From: Trueperaceae bacterium
Lineage (GTDB): Bacteria; Deinococcota; Deinococci; Deinococcales; Trueperaceae
DNA: 64,000 nt
NCBI GenBank assembly: GCA_965213925.1
Contig: OZ243927.1
Coordinates: forward strand, 2,944,001-3,008,000
Direction: 5' to 3'
The notes below the pieces were generated by a model. That model was not told where the DNA came from. It saw only the letters and a program-made list of their open reading frames with translations, and searched no databases. The position numbers and the translations under genes are program-made. Below, piece by piece: positions 27,597 to 37,367 of this stretch; position 1 is the first letter of the stretch, and the number at the start of each line of letters is the position of its first letter.

Positions 27597-28739
27597 ATGA
27601 AACGTTGGTGGATTCTACTTCTCGTTCTACTCATTCCCCTTGCCACGGCACAAGAGGACGACACCCTTACGGCGGGCTTTATCTACGTCGGTCCTGTAGG
27701 CGACTACGGCTGGACCTTCGCGCATGACGAGGCGCGGCAGATGTTGGAAGACGAGTTCGACTGGTTGGAGACGGTTTACGTCGAATCCGTTCCCGAAGGC
27801 GACGCCGAGCCCTTTATCGACCAGTTGGTGCAGGGGGGTGCCGAGGTCATCTTTACGACGAGCTTCGGTTACATGGACGCCACCATCGCGGCAGCTGCGC
27901 GCTACCCAGACGTACTCTTCGCCCACGCGACAGGCTTTATGCGCGCGCCTAACGTGGCGACCTACACCGCTGAGTTCTATCAGGTTTACTATCTCAATGG
28001 TCTTATGGCGGGCGCGTTGACTGACGGGAATGTCGGCTACGTCGGCGCATTCCCCATTCCCGAGGTCAAGCGCCACATCGACGCCTTTACGCTGGGCGTG
28101 CGCGAGGTCAACCCCGAAGCGAATGTTACGGTGCGCTGGATCAACGCTTGGTTCGACCCCGCCGCCGCCACCGAAGCGACGCAAGCCCTTATCGCGGAAG
28201 GCGCGGACGTTCTAGCCTTTACCGAAGATACGCCCACCGTGATTCAAGTCGCGGCGGAGCGCGGTCTGCCCAGCTTCTCGCACTACTCGCCCATGTACGA
28301 GTTCGCGCCCGAGTACGTCGTGTCGGGTCAGCTCGTCCACTGGGACGAAATCTACCGCGACTTTCTGACGAAAGTGCGTGACGGTACGTATACAGCGGAA
28401 AATTTAGAAGAGGTCGATTACTGGTGGCTCTTAGCCGACGACGCCGTCGAGATGGCGGCGAGCGAAGAGGTCGTCATCAACCCCGAATACGAAGAGGCGC
28501 TTCGCGCCGTGACGGTAGATGACCCCGAATTAGGTGAAATCTCTGTTTACGACTTGGTGCTGACGCGCTTGGAGCAGATGAACGTCTCCCCCACCGCCTT
28601 CGACCCCTTTACCGGACCCATCACGGACAGAAACGGTAACGTGGTGGTTGAGGAGGGCGTCACCATGAGCATCGAAGAATTGGCTTCCATGCAATGGGCC
28701 GTCGAAGGGGTGACTGGACCCTGGCCTGACGAGCCGTAA
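27597..28739 (+). CDS. BMP-family ABC substrate-binding protein (nucleoside/purine type)
   Basis: Signal peptide; GFIYVGPVGDYGWT, TTSFGY, PIPEV, WFDP motifs. Confidence 0.93.
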   Translation: MKRWWILLLVLLIPLATAQEDDTLTAGFIYVGPVGDYGWTFAHDEARQMLEDEFDWLETVYVESVPEGDAEPFIDQLVQGGAEVIFTTSFGYMDATIAAAARYPDVLFAHATGFMRAPNVATYTAEFYQVYYLNGLMAGALTDGNVGYVGAFPIPEVKRHIDAFTLGVREVNPEANVTVRWINAWFDPAAATEATQALIAEGADVLAFTEDTPTVIQVAAERGLPSFSHYSPMYEFAPEYVVSGQLVHWDEIYRDFLTKVRDGTYTAENLEEVDYWWLLADDAVEMAASEEVVINPEYEEALRAVTVDDPELGEISVYDLVLTRLEQMNVSPTAFDPFTGPITDRNGNVVVEEGVTMSIEELASMQWAVEGVTGPWPDEP

Positions 28740-28760
28740 GCCCCACTTACGCCACCCTTT

Positions 28761-28794
28761 GCCGCGTCAGGATCACTGTCTGATGCGGCTTTCT
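28761..28794 (+). terminator. Probable intrinsic terminator after the BMP gene
   Basis: GCCGCGTCAG...CTGATGCGGC stem followed by TTTCT. Confidence 0.55.
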
Positions 28795-29011
28795 CGTGTC
28801 GGAATTCAGTCAACGTCTCGCGTTTCGTCTCGGAGAGCTTTTTGGCTGCGCGTGAGCAAACTCACAGTTCACCTCCTAGCTGACGAAAACTTCATAGCTG
28901 TGGATACGTCGACCTGGTTTACTTGCGGTACATAGAGCCCTATGAGCTAGCTCACCCTTATTTTTCGCGACTAGGCGATTCCTGACGCCTCACGAGGAGA
29001 GATTAAACAGC

Positions 29012-31564
29012 GTGACCCCCTCTATCTTTACGGCGATACTCACGACGCAAGGCGACGTCATCCAACTCAATCACCAAGCGCTCGAGGCGGCGCACATCGA
29101 CCCGCAAGAGGTTTTAGGTCAACCGCTCGGCGAGCTTCCTTATTGGACTGACCCGGAATGCGTGCGCAAGGCGGCGGCGGACGCGGCGCAGGGTGAGGTG
29201 GTGCGACTCGAAACAACCCTCGAACTGGAAGGAGCGCAGCTCGAGGCGGAACTCATCCTCGCCCCACTCCATAACGCTGAAGGTAAAGTCACGCAACTCA
29301 GTATTTACGTCATCGACATCGGCGAGCGCAAGGCGCGGGAAAAGGCTGCGAGAGAAAAGGTGGCGCGGCAGCAGCTCATCTTAGAAAACGTTAAAGAACA
29401 CGTCATCTTGCTGCTCGACGCCGAAGGCGTAATTACGGCGTGTAACTCGAGCGTCGAGCGCATCCTGGGCTACCGCCCGGAAGAGCTAGAAGGACGCTCT
29501 ATCACGTGCATCTTCACGCCCGAAGACGTGCGTTCGGGCGTCGTACAAGAAGAGATGCGCGTCGCGGCGGCTGAGGGGCGCGCCCAGGATAACCGCTGGT
29601 ACGTGCATAAGGACGGAAGCCACTTCTGGGCTGACGGCATCACTACGGCGAGATACGCCGAGGACGGCTCGCTGCTAGGTTTCGCGAAGGTGTTCTCCGA
29701 CGACTCGAAGAGCAAGCTAGCCGAGCAGGAGCGCGAGTACCTCTCGGGGCGTTTAGAGCGCAAACGGGCGTACTTAGAGACGATTTTTCAGCAGATGCCC
29801 TCGGGCGTCTCCATCGCCGAAGCGCCCTCGGGTAAACTCATCATGCACAACGAGGAGGCGGAAAAGCTTCTAGGTCATCCCCTGTTAGAATCGGCGGACT
29901 ACACAGGCTACTCGAGGTACGGCGCGCTCCACCCCGACGGGCAACCCTACGCGCCCGAGGAATACCCAATTACGAGGGCGCTTTTACATGGTGAGACCGT
30001 TTCGCAAGAGGACATGCACTATAGACGTGGGGACGGCAGAAACACGCTCTTCTCCGTCAACGCTGCGCCGGTTAGGGACGCGGACGGCACCGTCGTCGCG
30101 GCGATCAGCACCTTTCACGACATCTCCGGGCGGCAGCGCGCCGCCGAGGAGCTACGAAAGGCACACGAAGCGCTGCAGGCACGGGTGAAAGAACTCGACG
30201 CGATGAAAGAGGAGTTGGAGCGCGTCAACGCCAGGCTCTACCACGACGCCTTCCACGACGCGCTGACCGGGCTCCCCAACCGCCTGCTCTTCACGGAGCG
30301 TTTAGAGCAGGCCCTCAAGCGGCAGGTGCGCCACTCTCAAACCCACGCGGCAGTGCTCTTTTTGGACTTCGACCGCTTCAAAGTCGTCAACGACTCGCTC
30401 GGTCACGCGGTGGGCGACGGGCTCCTGACGGGTATCAGCAAACGGCTACAGATCTGCGTGAGACCGTCCGACACGGTCGCGCGGCTCGGCGGCGACGAGT
30501 TCGTGATCCTATTAGAGGAAATCACCCACAGCGAACAGGTCACGCACGTCGCGCAGCGCATCACCGAAGCGTTCTACCGCCCGCTGCTCGTCGGCGAGCA
30601 CGACCTCTACACGAGCGCGAGCATCGGCATCGTCTCCAATACCGCGTACTACACCCAGGCCGACGACGTGTTGCGCGACGCCGACCTCGCTATGTACCGC
30701 GCCAAGGCGAAGGGGCGCGGTACGTATCAACTTTTCAACCAGCGGATGCACCAGCAGGCGATGGATATGATGACGCTCGAGCGCGAACTGCGTAGCGCGG
30801 TGGCGCAGCGCGAACTGCGCGTCGCCTATCAGCCTATCTTGGCGGTCACGAACGGCACGCTTTTGGGCTTCGAAGCCTTGGTGCGCTGGCAGCACCCCAG
30901 ACGCGGGCTCATCTCCCCTGCGCTCTTTTTGCCCCTAGCCGAAGAGACCGGGCTCATCCGGGAGATCGACCGCTACGTCTGGACGGAGGCGTGTCGGCAG
31001 GTTCGCGCTTGGCAAAGAGGTTCGGACAACCCTAACGGATTAGAAACCCGTATAGACCACCCCCTCACCCTCAGCATCAACCTCTCGTCGCAGCATTTCC
31101 TCTATCCCGAACTCGTCCGGGATATCGAAAGCATCCTCGCCGAGACCGACTTTCCCCCGGAGCAGCTCGTGTTGGAAATCACCGAAGGCGCACTCATCCG
31201 CTCGTCGGAGATGGTCAGCACGACCTTGCGCGAGCTTAAAGAACTCGGGCTCAAACTCTACTTAGACGACTTCGGTACGGGCTACTCGTCCTTATCGTAC
31301 CTGCAACGCTTCCCCGTAGACGCCCTTAAAATCGACCGCTCGTTCATCCACAGCATGACCAGTAGCGAAGAGAGCGCCGAACTGGTGCGCACGATTATCA
31401 ACATGGCGCAGAACTTAGGCTTGCAAGCCGTCGCGGAAGGGGTAGAAACGCATGAGCAACTCGACAGGCTCCGCGACTTGGGCTGCTCGTATACGCAGGG
31501 CTACCTCTTTGCGAAGCCGCTCAGTGAGGAGCAGGCGGAGAGGTTTATGACGGTGAGTAGTTAA
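29012..31564 (+). CDS. PAS-PAS-PAS-GGDEF-EAL c-di-GMP turnover protein
   Basis: HDALTGLPNR, RPSD I-site plus ARLGGDEF, FEALVRW, DDFGTGYSS, AEGVE; three PAS/PAC segments. Confidence 0.95.
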   Translation: MTPSIFTAILTTQGDVIQLNHQALEAAHIDPQEVLGQPLGELPYWTDPECVRKAAADAAQGEVVRLETTLELEGAQLEAELILAPLHNAEGKVTQLSIYVIDIGERKAREKAAREKVARQQLILENVKEHVILLLDAEGVITACNSSVERILGYRPEELEGRSITCIFTPEDVRSGVVQEEMRVAAAEGRAQDNRWYVHKDGSHFWADGITTARYAEDGSLLGFAKVFSDDSKSKLAEQEREYLSGRLERKRAYLETIFQQMPSGVSIAEAPSGKLIMHNEEAEKLLGHPLLESADYTGYSRYGALHPDGQPYAPEEYPITRALLHGETVSQEDMHYRRGDGRNTLFSVNAAPVRDADGTVVAAISTFHDISGRQRAAEELRKAHEALQARVKELDAMKEELERVNARLYHDAFHDALTGLPNRLLFTERLEQALKRQVRHSQTHAAVLFLDFDRFKVVNDSLGHAVGDGLLTGISKRLQICVRPSDTVARLGGDEFVILLEEITHSEQVTHVAQRITEAFYRPLLVGEHDLYTSASIGIVSNTAYYTQADDVLRDADLAMYRAKAKGRGTYQLFNQRMHQQAMDMMTLERELRSAVAQRELRVAYQPILAVTNGTLLGFEALVRWQHPRRGLISPALFLPLAEETGLIREIDRYVWTEACRQVRAWQRGSDNPNGLETRIDHPLTLSINLSSQHFLYPELVRDIESILAETDFPPEQLVLEITEGALIRSSEMVSTTLRELKELGLKLYLDDFGTGYSSLSYLQRFPVDALKIDRSFIHSMTSSEESAELVRTIINMAQNLGLQAVAEGVETHEQLDRLRDLGCSYTQGYLFAKPLSEEQAERFMTVSS

Positions 31565-31585
31565 AGTCGAGAAGGGAGAAGAGTG

Positions 31586-31634
31586 AAGTAGGAAGGGTGA
31601 AAGGTTCTTTCAAACTTCACCCTTCCTACTTTTT
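31586..31634. terminator. Hairpin terminator between convergent genes
   Basis: 16-bp stem AAGTAGGAAGGGTGAA / TTCACCCTTCCTACTT followed by T-run. Confidence 0.7.
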
Positions 31635-31651
31635 CCTTCCTCTTTCGTACC

Positions 31652-32476
31652 TCAATCCACGCGGTTAAACCGCTCCAAAATAATCAGCAAGACCACGCCC
31701 GGCACCGACGCCAGCAGCGCCAACCCCGCCCCCACCGGGTCCAACGCGCCGCCGCCCGCGAGTTTCGAAAAGAGCAGCGTCGGCAGCGTCTCGACCTGTC
31801 CGCGTCCGACGTAAAAGGTCAGCAAGAAGAGGTTGGACGAGATGAGAAAGGCGAACAGCGCGCTCGCCGCGAGACCCGGCAAGATGAGCGGCAGCGTCAC
31901 GTAAAGGGCGACTTGCCAGGGCGACGCGCCGAGCGTCCGCGCCTGCGCCTCGACCTCTCGCCCTAAATTTTGAAACGCCGAAATCAGCACGCGCATGGTG
32001 TAGGGAATCACGGGGATGAGGTGCGCGAGGACGATGCCGACGACACTTCCCGCGAGCCCAAGTTGGATGAATAAGACGAGCATCCCGAGACCGATGGCGA
32101 TTTCTGGCACGATCAAGGGTGTGAGGAGAAAGAACTCTAACGCGCTTCGTCCCGGAAAGCGCTCGGTAGCGATGGCTCTTGCAGCGGGCAAGCAAAGCAG
32201 TGACGCGAGGAGCGTCACGGCGAGGGCGATGCCCACCGTGTTGAGGAGCGCGTCCCCTGCATCCAGCGCCGAGGAGAAGACGAAGTCCCACGCCACCGGG
32301 CGAAAGACCTCCCCGCGCACCTGCCACCACCACTCGCTCGGCAAGAGGTCCGGCCAGGTCCAGCGGAAGGAGACCGAGGCGATAAGGAGGGGCACGAAAG
32401 GTCCCGCGAAGGCGAGCACCGCGAGGAAGAGGGTGAGGCGGCTTAGCGTGCTAGGTTTACTGCTCATCGGGCTCAC
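31652..32476 (-). CDS. ABC permease (YnjC/PotC-like)
   Basis: EAQARTLGASPWQ EAA motif, WTWPDLLP; alternative start 32467. Confidence 0.88.
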   Translation of the reverse strand: MSPMSSKPSTLSRLTLFLAVLAFAGPFVPLLIASVSFRWTWPDLLPSEWWWQVRGEVFRPVAWDFVFSSALDAGDALLNTVGIALAVTLLASLLCLPAARAIATERFPGRSALEFFLLTPLIVPEIAIGLGMLVLFIQLGLAGSVVGIVLAHLIPVIPYTMRVLISAFQNLGREVEAQARTLGASPWQVALYVTLPLILPGLAASALFAFLISSNLFLLTFYVGRGQVETLPTLLFSKLAGGGALDPVGAGLALLASVPGVVLLIILERFNRVD

Positions 32477-33380
32477 TCACGCTGAAGCGGCGGTAGAGGA
32501 GGAGGTAAAGGGTCAGGAGGAGGCTCGAGAAAGCGCTCACCACCACGATGATGGTTACGCCAAAGAGCCGCCGCGACACGTCCACGTCGTCAAAGGCTCG
32601 CCACGCCATCACGGGCAGCGTGTTGGAACCTCCGCCGAGTAGAAACGGCACCTCGAACGAGCCGAAGTTAAAGGCGAAAACGATGAGCGTCGCCGCGAGA
32701 ATGCCGGGCATCAAGCGGGGCAGCGTCACGAACCAAAAGGTTTGGCGCGGCGACGCCCCGGAGACCCGCGCCGCCGCCTCGATGTCGGGGTTTAAGCCCG
32801 CTAGAACAGAAACTAGAATGAGCGTCTGAAAGGGAATCTGCTTCCAGAGGTAGACGAGCATGACGCCAATACCGCTCTCCGTGTAGAGGAGCCTGGGGAA
32901 GTCCCGCGTGCTCTCGATGAATCCCAGCGCGAAGAGCGAACGCGCGACGAGCCCGCCGTTCGACCAGAGCAGCGCCGTGAGCGCGACGCCGACGAGATAC
33001 GGCACGACGAGCGGGAGTTTGTACAGGAAGCTCATCACGCCGCGCCCGGCGAAGTGACGGCGCAAGGAAAGCGCGAGGAAGATGCTTAGGACGGTGCCAA
33101 GCACGGTGGGGACGAGTGCGTAGTATAGCGTGAGCCAGAGACTTTGCCAGAACGTACTCGAGCCGAAAAGCTCGCGGTAGTAGCGCCCCGTCGGAAACTC
33201 GCGCACGCCGTAGATGGGCGCATAGCCAAGGCTCTGTGCAAGAGCGGCGAGTAGGGCTCCTAAGTAGAGAATGACAAGCACCAGCAGCACAGGCGCGAGC
33301 ATGAGCGTGAGGCGGAGACCTCTCCTCGTGAACCACGACTTGTTCGACTTCACTTGAAACGCTCCGCGCTGCTGGTCCAT
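32457..33380 (-). CDS. ABC permease (YnjC/PotB-like)
   Basis: EAAARVSGAS, WKQIPF, FGSFEVPFLLG. Confidence 0.88.
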   Translation of the reverse strand: MDQQRGAFQVKSNKSWFTRRGLRLTLMLAPVLLVLVILYLGALLAALAQSLGYAPIYGVREFPTGRYYRELFGSSTFWQSLWLTLYYALVPTVLGTVLSIFLALSLRRHFAGRGVMSFLYKLPLVVPYLVGVALTALLWSNGGLVARSLFALGFIESTRDFPRLLYTESGIGVMLVYLWKQIPFQTLILVSVLAGLNPDIEAAARVSGASPRQTFWFVTLPRLMPGILAATLIVFAFNFGSFEVPFLLGGGSNTLPVMAWRAFDDVDVSRRLFGVTIIVVVSAFSSLLLTLYLLLYRRFSVSEPDEQ

Positions 33381-33400
33381 CCGCTACCCGTTCACCTTAT

Positions 33401-34759
33401 TTACTGACGCGCGTCGTAGGCGGCTTCGACTAGCTCGAGCACCGACGCTTCTGTTTCCTGCGCGATATACCCCTCCCACACCTCTTGGATAACTTCAATC
33501 AGCGTCGCGTTCGTGTCGGGCACTTCGTTAGCGGCGAGTTCTTCGAAAGTGAGCCCGCGCAAGCTGGGCGCAGCCGCTTCGACCTCGCTCTGCTGCTCCC
33601 CGCTCAGAAGCGGTACGTCCACGCCAGGAAAGTAGCCGAGTGCGCCCAACTTGCTGATGTGGCTCGCGGGGCTCGAGAGGACGTTCGCCAGCACCAACGC
33701 CGCCGCCGGGTTCGGCGCGGTACTCGGAATGGCGATGAAGCTCTTGTTCGCGAGCATGTTGCCCTCGGGGAAAACGATGTTCTCTATCGTCTCGGGAAAG
33801 CGCCCGTTTTGCACGCCCACCGCCGCCGTGAACGCGCCCATCTGACAGAGCATGTCTACCTCACCGTTGATCAAGAACGCCTCGTTCGCCGCCTGGTTTT
33901 CCGGGTAGATAGGGTTGCCGCGCACGCCCTCTTGTCCGCTGCCGCCGAGCAAGAAGGGCCCTATGCGCTTCAAGTATTCGAAGCCCGGCGTGATGAGCGC
34001 CGCAAATTCTTCGGGCGTGTAGGCGTCCAGCGGTTCTAAAAACGCGGTGGCGTCCTCTGGGCTCGAGGCGTAGAGAACGCTCTGCACGAACGTATTGCCG
34101 ATGTAGTCGGGCGGACGCACGTAGGTGAAGCGACCTGGGTTGTTCTGTAAAAAGGTCTCGAGTTCCTCTAACGTGTTCGGCGCGTCCTCACGGGAAAGCC
34201 GCGCCGTGTCCACCATACACGTATACTGAAACTGCGCCCAGGGCACCTCTCTGAGTTCGGTAGGGAAGCCGTTGTCACGCCGATTGATGAGCGCCTTGGG
34301 GTCATCTTCTTCTAGGTAAAAATACTGCGAGTTCGGCAACTTGTCCGCGAACGCGCCGAAGAGCAAGTCTTGTGTCGCTAAGGTGAGGAAGTTCTCGCCG
34401 TTAATCCAGATGGCGTCCACCGTACCCTCACCGAGACCGCTGCCGGTTGCTTCGTCCGCCAACACCTGGTCTACGGCGTCGCGGGTATCGGGGACGCGGG
34501 AGGTCTCCAAGGTAATGCCCAGCTCCGCCATCGCCGGGACGACCTCTTGCTCCACCCAGAAGTTCAGCTCGTCCGAGCCGCCCCAGTGGAACCAGCGGAC
34601 CTCGCCCTCCTCCTGCGCCCGCGCGACGACCTCGTCCCAGCGCAACTCGCCCGCTAAAAACGCTTCGCGAAACGCTTCCGCGTCACTGCTTTGTGCTAAA
34701 GCGCAACTCGCCAAAGAGGTTGTAACGGTAATAACCAACCCTAAAATAAAACGCATCAT
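33401..34759 (-). CDS. ABC substrate-binding protein, YnjB-like
   Basis: Signal peptide; WGGS, DAIWINGENF, NPGRFTY.RPPDY.GNTF, NPAAAL motifs. Confidence 0.85.
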   Translation of the reverse strand: MMRFILGLVITVTTSLASCALAQSSDAEAFREAFLAGELRWDEVVARAQEEGEVRWFHWGGSDELNFWVEQEVVPAMAELGITLETSRVPDTRDAVDQVLADEATGSGLGEGTVDAIWINGENFLTLATQDLLFGAFADKLPNSQYFYLEEDDPKALINRRDNGFPTELREVPWAQFQYTCMVDTARLSREDAPNTLEELETFLQNNPGRFTYVRPPDYIGNTFVQSVLYASSPEDATAFLEPLDAYTPEEFAALITPGFEYLKRIGPFLLGGSGQEGVRGNPIYPENQAANEAFLINGEVDMLCQMGAFTAAVGVQNGRFPETIENIVFPEGNMLANKSFIAIPSTAPNPAAALVLANVLSSPASHISKLGALGYFPGVDVPLLSGEQQSEVEAAAPSLRGLTFEELAANEVPDTNATLIEVIQEVWEGYIAQETEASVLELVEAAYDARQ

Positions 34760-34767
34760 TTCTCCTT

Positions 34768-35898
34768 TTACGCCGCCAACTCCGCCGAAGTCGTGCGCGC
34801 CGCTCCATCTTTTGCGCCACTATCTTCTACGTCGTCTTCTTCTAGTGGCAGGACCCAAAGACGCTCAGTGGGTAGCGAGACGCTGACGTGCTCACCCACC
34901 GCGAACGCCGCCCCCCCGCCCAGGTGCGCGACGAGGGTTTCGGGTTCAGCTTGCTCGTCATTCCCTCGAGGGTAGACCGCGACCTCATAACGTGTGACGC
35001 CGCCACGGTAAACGGCTTTGGTGACGTGTCCGGTGATCGGTCCACCGCTTCGGCGCAGCTCGACGTATTCAGGACGAATCACCGCGGTGACTTCGCCACT
35101 TTGATACGGCGTTGACGGAAGGGTGACTCGCCCTAGCTTCGTCACTAGATGCTCGCCCTCGAGCCTGCCCGTCAGGAGGTTCGTTCCGCCCATAAACTGG
35201 GCGACTTGGGCGCTCGCCGGACGCTCGAAGACCGCTTGCGGCGTGCCGAGTTGCGCCACTTCGCCTTCAAACATCACGCCGAGCACGTCGGCGAGTTCTA
35301 GCGCCTCCATCTGGTCGTGGGTGACGAAAAGCGTGGTGATGCCCAAGTTGCCTTGTAAGTCGCGCACCAGCTCGCGCATCTCCTCGCGCAAGCCAGCGTC
35401 TAGGCTCGAGAAGGGCTCGTCCATCAGCAGCAGCTTGGGCTCCGTTACCACGGCGCGCGCAATCGCCACGCGCTGCTGCTGTCCGCCCGAAAGCTGACGC
35501 GGTTTTCTCCCTTCGAAGCCTGTAAGCTGCACCGCCGCTAACGCTTCCCCTACTCGGCGCTCGACCTCTCGGCGAGACACGCCGCGCATCTTGAGCCCGA
35601 AGCCCACGTTCGCCGCGACGTTTAGATGAGGAAAGAGCGTCGGGCGCTGAAAGACCATGCCGATGTCGCGCTTCTCGGGCGGTAAGTGGGCGACGTTTTG
35701 ACCGCTCAGCTTAATCTCGCCCGCGTCCGGCTCCAAAAGCCCCGCGACGAGCCGCAAGAGCGTCGTTTTCCCGCACCCCGACGGACCCAAAAGCGCCAAG
35801 AGCTGACCCGGCGCGACCTCTAAGGAAACCCCTTTGAGCGCGCGCACGTCGCCGTAAACCTTGCTGAGCCCTCGTAAGCTGAGCGCTGCTAAACTCAT
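34768..35898 (-). CDS. ABC ATPase (PotA/YnjD-like, with TOBE domain)
   Basis: GPSGCGKTT, LSGGQQQR, MDEP, VTHDQ. Confidence 0.93.
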   Translation of the reverse strand: MSLAALSLRGLSKVYGDVRALKGVSLEVAPGQLLALLGPSGCGKTTLLRLVAGLLEPDAGEIKLSGQNVAHLPPEKRDIGMVFQRPTLFPHLNVAANVGFGLKMRGVSRREVERRVGEALAAVQLTGFEGRKPRQLSGGQQQRVAIARAVVTEPKLLLMDEPFSSLDAGLREEMRELVRDLQGNLGITTLFVTHDQMEALELADVLGVMFEGEVAQLGTPQAVFERPASAQVAQFMGGTNLLTGRLEGEHLVTKLGRVTLPSTPYQSGEVTAVIRPEYVELRRSGGPITGHVTKAVYRGGVTRYEVAVYPRGNDEQAEPETLVAHLGGGAAFAVGEHVSVSLPTERLWVLPLEEDDVEDSGAKDGAARTTSAELAA

Positions 35899-36010
35899 CC
35901 CTTGGGGTCCATTCTTAGAAATCTTGCCATCATCTCGAGTCTACAGACCGCGCTACCCGTGCGTCGTCCTAAGCTGACTAGCATTAGGTGCAAGAACGTG
36001 GTAGGTGCCG

Positions 36011-36652
36011 CTACCCAAGCTCCTCAGCGAGTTGCGGGTTGAGGATGTAGAAGGAGAGCCGCTGTAAACCCGTCAAGAAGTCCATGCGCTCGACGTGGAC
36101 CTCGCTCGGCACGCTGAGCATGAAGGGCGTGAAGTTGAGAATACCGCGCACGCCTGCACGTACGATATCGTCGGCGGCGTCTTGCGCGGTCTGCGAGGGC
36201 GTGCATAGGAGCGCCATATCGACACCCTTTTCTTGAACGACGCGAGATAACTCGCTCATCGGCTGCACCTCTAAGTCACCGAAGCGCTGACCGATGACGT
36301 TCGGGCTGATGTCAAAGACGCCCTTGAATTGGAACGAGTAGTCGCCGATATGAGGGTCGTCAACAATAGCCTGACCCAAGCGACCCATGCCGACAATCAC
36401 GACGCTCCACACCCTGGTTAAACCCAGGATGCGGCGCAACTCGCGGCGCAGCGTCGGCACAGTGTAGCCCGCGCCGCGCGTGCCGAAGCGCCCGAAATAC
36501 GCTAAATCTTTACGAACCTGAAACGCCGTGCTCTGCGCCTCGTCCGCTAAGTAGTCCGATGAGGTCGTCTTCACGCCTGACGCCTCGAGCCCCTCTAAGG
36601 TGCGCAGATAGAGAACCAGGCGGCTAATGGTGGCCGTCGGAATTGTGCTCAT
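36011..36652 (-). CDS. rex: Redox-sensing transcriptional repressor Rex
   Basis: IPTATISRL..Y, QVRKDLAYFG.FGTRG.GY, GMGRLG NADH-binding motif, GILNF. Confidence 0.96.
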   Translation of the reverse strand: MSTIPTATISRLVLYLRTLEGLEASGVKTTSSDYLADEAQSTAFQVRKDLAYFGRFGTRGAGYTVPTLRRELRRILGLTRVWSVVIVGMGRLGQAIVDDPHIGDYSFQFKGVFDISPNVIGQRFGDLEVQPMSELSRVVQEKGVDMALLCTPSQTAQDAADDIVRAGVRGILNFTPFMLSVPSEVHVERMDFLTGLQRLSFYILNPQLAEELG

Positions 36653-36850
36653 AGTCCCTCCACGAGACCGTTATACCACATAAGCGAAAACATTCACATT
36701 TTATCCTGTCTTACATTTTTACGCGGTGCTGCCGGCTTCTAAAAGGAGGTGAATCGGTCTCAAATATACCGGAGAGATTGAGTAGACATCGCACAGCGCT
36801 CGCACTCAAAACGCGGGACACCCTGTAAGAAATTGTGTAATGAAGACAAT

Positions 36851-36913
36851 AAAAAACTTTGAGAGGACCTCCACCGGGGGGGCAGCGGGTGTGGAGATTC
36901 AACCCTCAAAGTT
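36851..36913 (-). ncRNA. Candidate small hairpin RNA (about 63 nt)
   Basis: TTTACA-N18-TATACT promoter (36949-36920, minus strand) directly before a long hairpin ending in a U6 tract. Confidence 0.45.
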
Positions 36914-36996
36914 GAAATAAGTATACACATACCTGGTGCGGTTTGTAAACCCCCTCTTACACGCTTTAGCCGCGTCGCCTCTATCCTCACGCTTAC

Positions 36997-37199
36997 TACA
37001 CTGTCAGTTGAAAAATGGATCATGTCATTCTGAACGGAACGGTAGTGTAGTGAAGAATCTCTGACCTTGCTGACTCCTCTGATTGAGACTGAGAGTTACG
37101 AAGTTTTGGCACAGCCAATTACAGAGTTTTAGCATAGCTAAACGAGACCCTTCAACAAGCTCAAGGTGACAAGTGTGTCGCCAAATCTTTTACAGCGTA
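36997..37199. mobile_element. MITE-like element, copy B
   Basis: TACACTGTCAGTTGAA...TTTTACAGCGTA ends; internal GTCATTCTGAAC...GTGAAGAATCTC...GAGACCC...GGTGACAA as in 14762-14947. Confidence 0.6.
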
Positions 37200-37367
37200 A
37201 GGTCTTAATGCTGCGTTTTGCGGTCGGGCTCGAGGCTGAGTCTAACTCCGACTCCGCGCTATACGAAACCCCACACGAAGCGCGCTAATCTTCCGGACGC
37301 CCTTCTTATGAAACACCTCATAGACGCTCCTCTTTATATCCTCTACGATGCGCGCTAGGAGGCAATT

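Noticed and set aside
28850..28925. c-di-GMP riboswitch upstream of the GGDEF-EAL gene (GCAAA…GACGAAAAC)
   Set aside because: The GNRA-capped stem and the other conserved helices could not be formed
36700..37360. Small ORFs 36711-36902 and 36760-37023, or a tRNA/SRP RNA in this long intergenic region
   Set aside because: No RBS or recognisable protein features, and no cloverleaf or SRP tetraloop; better explained by promoters, a hairpin RNA and a MITE
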